Assembly: GCA_963714975.1 (NCBI GenBank)
Contig: CAVQQD010000002.1
Coordinates: 832,001-896,000 of the forward strand
Source of the DNA: an uncultured Gammaproteobacteria bacterium
GTDB taxonomy: Bacteria > Pseudomonadota > Gammaproteobacteria > JAURND01
Direction of reading: 5' to 3'
DNA: 64,000 nucleotides
The position numbers were made by a program, and so were the translations under genes. Shown piece by piece: positions 59,226 to 64,000 of the stretch. How positions within the stretch are numbered: position 1 is the stretch's first letter; each line of letters starts with the position of its first letter. Under the pieces are notes generated by a model. The model saw only the letters and a program-made list of their open reading frames with translations. It made no database searches and was not told where the DNA came from.

Positions 59226-60740
59226 TTAGTACGCCCGAGCGAAAATTACTTTTTTATCCGTCTGATTTCCAGAAAATAGGCACTTCCCTACTGTTTTATC
59301 GGAACTAAATGGCATACAACGGGTGGTTAGTTTGAGGTGTTTTAGGGTTTGCATAACTTCGGGATGTGATTCAACGTTAGGGTCAAAAAAGCCAATGGCA
59401 AACCCAACCGCAGTTTCTTTCTGAAATAACGCCTGCAATTCAGCAATGCTAGTAATCTCATGCGTATGTTGTTGGCGAAAAGTTACCACGCGTTGGTACA
59501 AGGCATTTTGAATTTCTTCCAATAGTAACGGCGCTTTGGCAATTAATTCCGCGCGACTCCACTGTATTTTTTCTTTCGCGGCTTGATCGCGTCGCGACAC
59601 GGTCAGCTGCCCTGCTTCAATTTCACGTCGGCCGATTTCTACACGCAAAGGAATGCCCTTTTTGACGGCGCCCCAAAACTTCTCCCCTGCCCGACGTCTG
59701 CTTTTATCAATGGTAACCCGCAGTAATTCTTTAGCATAATACAAACTCTGTAAATCAGCCGCTAGTTGCTCGCAAAAGCCAAGCACTTCGGCCCAATCTT
59801 GTTCCTGCATGGCCACGGGAATTAAAATAATTTGCGCTGGGGCAATGCGTGGCGGTAGCACCAAACCATCATCATCACTATGGGTCATAATCAAGGCGCC
59901 AATAATCCGGGTCGATAAGCCCCAGGAAGTAGTCCAGGCATATTGTAATTGTTGCTGTGGGTCGGAAAATTGAATCTGGTAAGCGCGAGAGAAATTTTGT
60001 CCTAAGAAATGCGAAGTTCCTGCTTGCAACGCTTTACCGTCTTGCATCATCGCTTCGATCGTATAGGTATTCACGGCGCCAGGGAAGCGTTCTGCCGGGG
60101 TTTTTTCGCCCTTCACTACCGGTATCGCTAAGTAATCTTGAGCCAATTGTTCATAAACATCCAGCATGGTGAAGGTCTCGGCGATGGCCTCCTCTTCGGT
60201 GGCATGGGCGGTGTGGCCTTCTTGCCATAAAAATTCCGAGGTGCGTAAAAATAATCGCGTGCGCATTTCCCAGCGCATGACATTACACCACTGATTAATT
60301 AATACTGGCAGATCATGATAGGACTGCACCCAGCTCGCCATCGCCGTGCCAATAATAGTTTCGCTGGTTGGCCGGATAATCAGCGGTTCAGCTAAGCTCG
60401 CTTCCGGCGAGGGAATTAGTTTCCCTTGAGCATCCGCCTCTAGGCGATAATGGGTGACGATCGCACATTCTTTTGCAAAACCTTCAACATGGGCCGCTTC
60501 TTTTTCTAGAAAACTTAAAGGAATTAATAGCGGAAAATAGACATTTTGGTGGCCAGTGGCTTTGATTTTTTGATCTAATTGCCCTTGAATACGCTCCCAA
60601 ATTGCATAGCCCCATGGTTTAATAATCATGCAGCCCCGCACTGGGGAATGTTCGGCTAAATCGGCACGTTTAATCACTTCTTGATACCAATCGGCAAAAT
60701 TTTCCTGGCGAGTGGGAGTGATGGCAGTTTTACTCGTCAT
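59226..60740 (-). CDS. proS: Proline--tRNA ligase, archaeal/eukaryotic type (no INS editing domain)
   Basis: IRPTSE, QWCNVMRWEMRTRLFLRTSEFLWQEGHT and ALQAGTSHFLGQNF motifs; C-terminal FARAY. Confidence 0.96.
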   Translation of the reverse strand: MTSKTAITPTRQENFADWYQEVIKRADLAEHSPVRGCMIIKPWGYAIWERIQGQLDQKIKATGHQNVYFPLLIPLSFLEKEAAHVEGFAKECAIVTHYRLEADAQGKLIPSPEASLAEPLIIRPTSETIIGTAMASWVQSYHDLPVLINQWCNVMRWEMRTRLFLRTSEFLWQEGHTAHATEEEAIAETFTMLDVYEQLAQDYLAIPVVKGEKTPAERFPGAVNTYTIEAMMQDGKALQAGTSHFLGQNFSRAYQIQFSDPQQQLQYAWTTSWGLSTRIIGALIMTHSDDDGLVLPPRIAPAQIILIPVAMQEQDWAEVLGFCEQLAADLQSLYYAKELLRVTIDKSRRRAGEKFWGAVKKGIPLRVEIGRREIEAGQLTVSRRDQAAKEKIQWSRAELIAKAPLLLEEIQNALYQRVVTFRQQHTHEITSIAELQALFQKETAVGFAIGFFDPNVESHPEVMQTLKHLKLTTRCMPFSSDKTVGKCLFSGNQTDKKVIFARAY

Positions 60741-63617
60741 GCGATGATACTCCAGCAGCTGGTAAATGTAGCACCGGCTCGTGGCTCTGGCGCGCTATGG
60801 CTTCTCGTGCTTGATCCCGTAAGCGAATCATTTCAGCAAAATCCTTGGATTGTGGTCTTAAACAGGGCATTATTGTCACAGTAATCTTTCCTCGCCGCAT
60901 GAGCCATTGGTCCGCCGGTAAAATATGCCGCATTCCCTGTATTGCTACGGGACAAATCGGCGACTTGGTTTCCATGGATATTTTAAAAGCTCCCAATTTA
61001 AAAGGACGGATGCCGGCAGCCCGGGTAAAAGTTGCTTCCGGAAAAATCACTACCGACCGCCCATGTTGTAGCGTTTTCTCAATATGCTGAGCATCTAAAA
61101 TTCCGCTGGCAAAATCCTGACGATTCACCAAAATAGTCTGCTGCTTGTTCAAAAAAGTTCGAAGCATCCAGGTCCGCATTAATTCTTGTTTCGCAACAAA
61201 CGCAATTCCCTCAGGCAAGGCTGCGAGTAACGCAACGATATCTAAATAGCTTGCATGATTCACCACCACGATACCAGGCACTGCAGGCCAATGTTCAGTT
61301 CCGACAATGCGCAATGGGCAGCCAATTAAGCGCAAAAATACCCGCGCCCATTTGGGTAGCCATCGCCGGCTCTGTTCTGGTGGTAAAGCCCAAGTCAGCA
61401 ACCAAAGCGGGAAAACGGTTAGCCCTAATATCACGGCCACATAGCCGGTATAAAATACTGACGCTATGGTATTGGCTAGTCTTTTGCTTTTCTGTCCAAA
61501 ACCCAATCCCCACAAGCGAACGACTTGTGTCCACAGCGCAGGTGGTTTTTCGGTCAATTTTCCTTCCATATACAGGGTTTTACAATAAGAACGGCGCAAC
61601 TTACCGCTGGAAGTTTTAGGAATTGTTTGTGGAGGAATCAATACCACCACATCGGGAGGAATGCCTATTGCATTGAAAATTTGTTCTGTGATTTGCGCAG
61701 TTAATGTTTGTTCATGCTGTGGCTCAGAAGATTCCTGTTTTACTTCAGCGACAATGACAATTTTTTCGGTTGCCATGAGAAGATCCGTGCTACCAAAAGC
61801 AATGACACAGCCCCGACGAATTCCAGGGATTTCTCCCACCAAAGTTTCCATTTCTTCTGGATAATAATTCCTCCCCGCCTTAATAATGAGATCTTTTTTT
61901 GTCCGGTAATATACAATTCCTGATTAGCAATATAAGCTAAATCGCCGGTGTTCAACCAATCGTCTTGAGCAAAAATTTGTTCGTTCGCTTCTGGCGAATT
62001 AAAGTAACCCCTCATCGACGACGGCCCGCGAAATTGCAATTGACCCTCAGTACGTTCCGGCAAAGCATTGCCTCCTGCTTCGTCCATGATACGGATTTCA
62101 TGCCCCGGTAAAGGAACACCACAGGCCACAAATTGCAGCGGTGATCTATCGTTAGGAGTGGCAGGTTGTGCTTGGCGGGAAGCAAGAAATACCTCACGCT
62201 TGATTTTATCAATCACAGGTTTACGCCCTAAAGGCGGGAAGGTTAATCCTACTGAAGATTCAGCTAAGCCATAAACCGGCGCCAGGGTTCCTGCGGCAAA
62301 ACCATAACGGGAAAAACGCTGGGTAAAGCGCTCTAAGGTACTAGGGCTTACCGCTTCAGCACCGTTGAAGGCAATGCGCCAAGAGCTTAAGTCCAGACCT
62401 TCGATTGCCTCATCGGCTATTTTGCGTACACAAAGCTCATAGGCAAAATTAGGCGCTGCCGAGATAGTTCCTTGATGATAATGGATAGCCCATAACCAGC
62501 GTTCTGGATGGGCTAAAAAAGTTAGCGGGGACATGACGATAAAAGGCGTGCCAAAGTATAACGAACCCAGCCAACTCCCAATCAACCCCATATCATGATA
62601 CAAAGGTAACCAACTAACCGTCACATCAGTTGGTTTTGCAGCTATGGCTTCACCAATCGCCCGAATGTTGGCTAATAAATTTTGGTGAGTCAATAAGACT
62701 CCTTTCGGGTCACCCGTGCTGCCTGAGGTATATTGGATTAATGCTGAATCTTGAGGTGATGACGAGTTCACCCAGGCGTCATCCCGGCTGACGTCATCCC
62801 GAGCAAACCCGTCATCCCGAGCGAAGCGAGGGAGCTGCCACTTCATTAAATCGGTTATAGTCACGGTATGGTTCAAGCTAGGAACTAAAGGTTGCAATAA
62901 AGCTGCGACCTTTTCAATATTGCGATCGGTAATTAATATATGGGCTTGAGCATTGCGGAGTATTCCTGCTTGGCGTAACGCATATTCCTCAATTTGCTTG
63001 GGGCGTATTGGAGGATACACGGGCACAGGAACCGCACCGATTAATAAGCTCGAAAAAAAAGCATAAAAAAAATCTTTACTTGTGGGTAGCATAATCGCTA
63101 CTTTATCACCTGGTTGAATACCAAGTTGCCTTAAGCCATAAGCGCAGGCAGTAGCATTTTCGTATAATTGGCTATAGGTGATGACTTGCTCTTCTTCATC
63201 TATTTGTTGCAAATAAATGTGTGGGCGATTGGGATTTGTCCGTGCATAGTGCTGTAAGACTTCGACTAAGGTTTGTGCTGCAACCGGAACTTCACTAATG
63301 GATTCAATTATTGGAGGAATAACAGCTGCTGTGGGTAGGTAAATGGGCTGCTGATCCTGAATTGCCCGGACCAAATCAGCGACAGTTTCAGCTTCAAAAA
63401 GCATTCTTTCTGGTAACTGAACACCTAATTGTTTTTCGATACGAAAAACCAATTCAACACGTTCTAAGCTACCCAAGCCCAAATCTCTATCTAAAGAGGC
63501 TTGTAAGCTCAAAGCGCGTACGGCACGCTCATTACCCAAAGCATGAAGAAATTCTTTGATAAGAACTAAAATTCTACTTTCTAATGCTGGCAAAGAAAGT
63601 TTAGCTTGGGATTCCAT
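60730..63617 (-). CDS. ACP / fatty acyl-AMP ligase / PlsC acyltransferase fusion (one frameshift at ~61897)
   Basis: ACP DLGLGSL.R.EL; adenylation domain QYTSGSTG.PKG, WLPLYHDMGLIG, YGLAE and TGDL; acyltransferase NHASYLD and FPE.T. Confidence 0.88.
62777..62836. repeat. Family A arm with 3 reiterated ends inserted in frame in the acyl-ligase gene
   Basis: cgtcatcccg x3 ending gagcgaagcgagggagct. Translates as QLPRFARDDGFARDDVSRDDA. Confidence 0.85.
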
Positions 63618-63629
63618 TATCGTCCTTGA

Positions 63630-64000
63630 CTATACCGCCTTTGGGGGTGTAAAGCGTCTTGCCTCACTGGTGTTGGGGTAATTCCTAATCAATATTTGTA
63701 GTGTATTGCGTGCCAAATCATTTTCACCCAAAGCGATATACGATTGATACATAATGGCCAATGCGGGCACTACTGCTGGGGATCCTTGATAGAATTCAAC
63801 AACACGGTTGGCACGGTTGGCTGCTGCTACGTAAGCTTTGCGCTTAAAATAAAATTGAGCAACTTCAAGTTGGCGCCTAGCCAATAAATTTCGAATGTAA
63901 ATCATGCGTGCGCGAGCATCAGCTGCATATGGGCTGCTGGGGAAGCGTTGCACCAGGAGATTAAAATCATTAAAGGCTTGATCCATCCCACTTAAATCAC
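63630..64000 (-). CDS. bamD: Outer membrane assembly factor BamD, 3' part
   Basis: AF.DF..LV.RFP.SPYA.DA..R, E..VA.FY..R.AYVAAANRA. Confidence 0.93.
   Translation of the reverse strand, partial: DLSGMDQAFNDFNLLVQRFPSSPYAADARARMIYIRNLLARRQLEVAQFYFKRKAYVAAANRANRVVEFYQGSPAVVPALAIMYQSYIALGENDLARNTLQILIRNYPNTSEARRFTPPKAV

Overview
A 64-kb chromosomal window from a host-associated gammaproteobacterium, most likely Legionellales sensu lato (Coxiella/Aquicella/Legionella-like). Support for this placement: two IcmL/DotI-like genes, PmrA-type boxes, an EnhA-like L,D-transpeptidase, gatCAB, and large membrane-anchored orphan ORFs that look like Dot/Icm effectors. The first ~35 kb is mostly core genome: infB'-nusA-rimP-tRNA-fMet, serA/serB, gatCAB, mreBCD-yhdP-tldD, hupB-tRNAs-ppiD, holB, recA-recX-alaS-lysC-csrA-tRNAs. 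From 35 to 59 kb it is accessory. That part holds a lectin-Sfp-arn-like operon, an AT-rich Bacteroidetes-like ppc flanked by twin Sel1 microprotein genes, c-di-GMP genes, a propeller-cupredoxin, IcmL paralogues and a PmrA-boxed 1005-aa orphan. The window ends with an archaeal/eukaryotic-type proS, an ACP-adenylation-acyltransferase fusion and bamD. At least five families of small palindromic non-autonomous repeats are scattered through it. Some have tandemly reiterated ends, and some are co-opted as coding sequence or ribosome-binding sites. Two candidate structured ncRNAs were found. Frameshifts in nusA, rimP, arnT and the acyl-ligase are probably sequencing errors. All family assignments come from motif recognition, not database searches.
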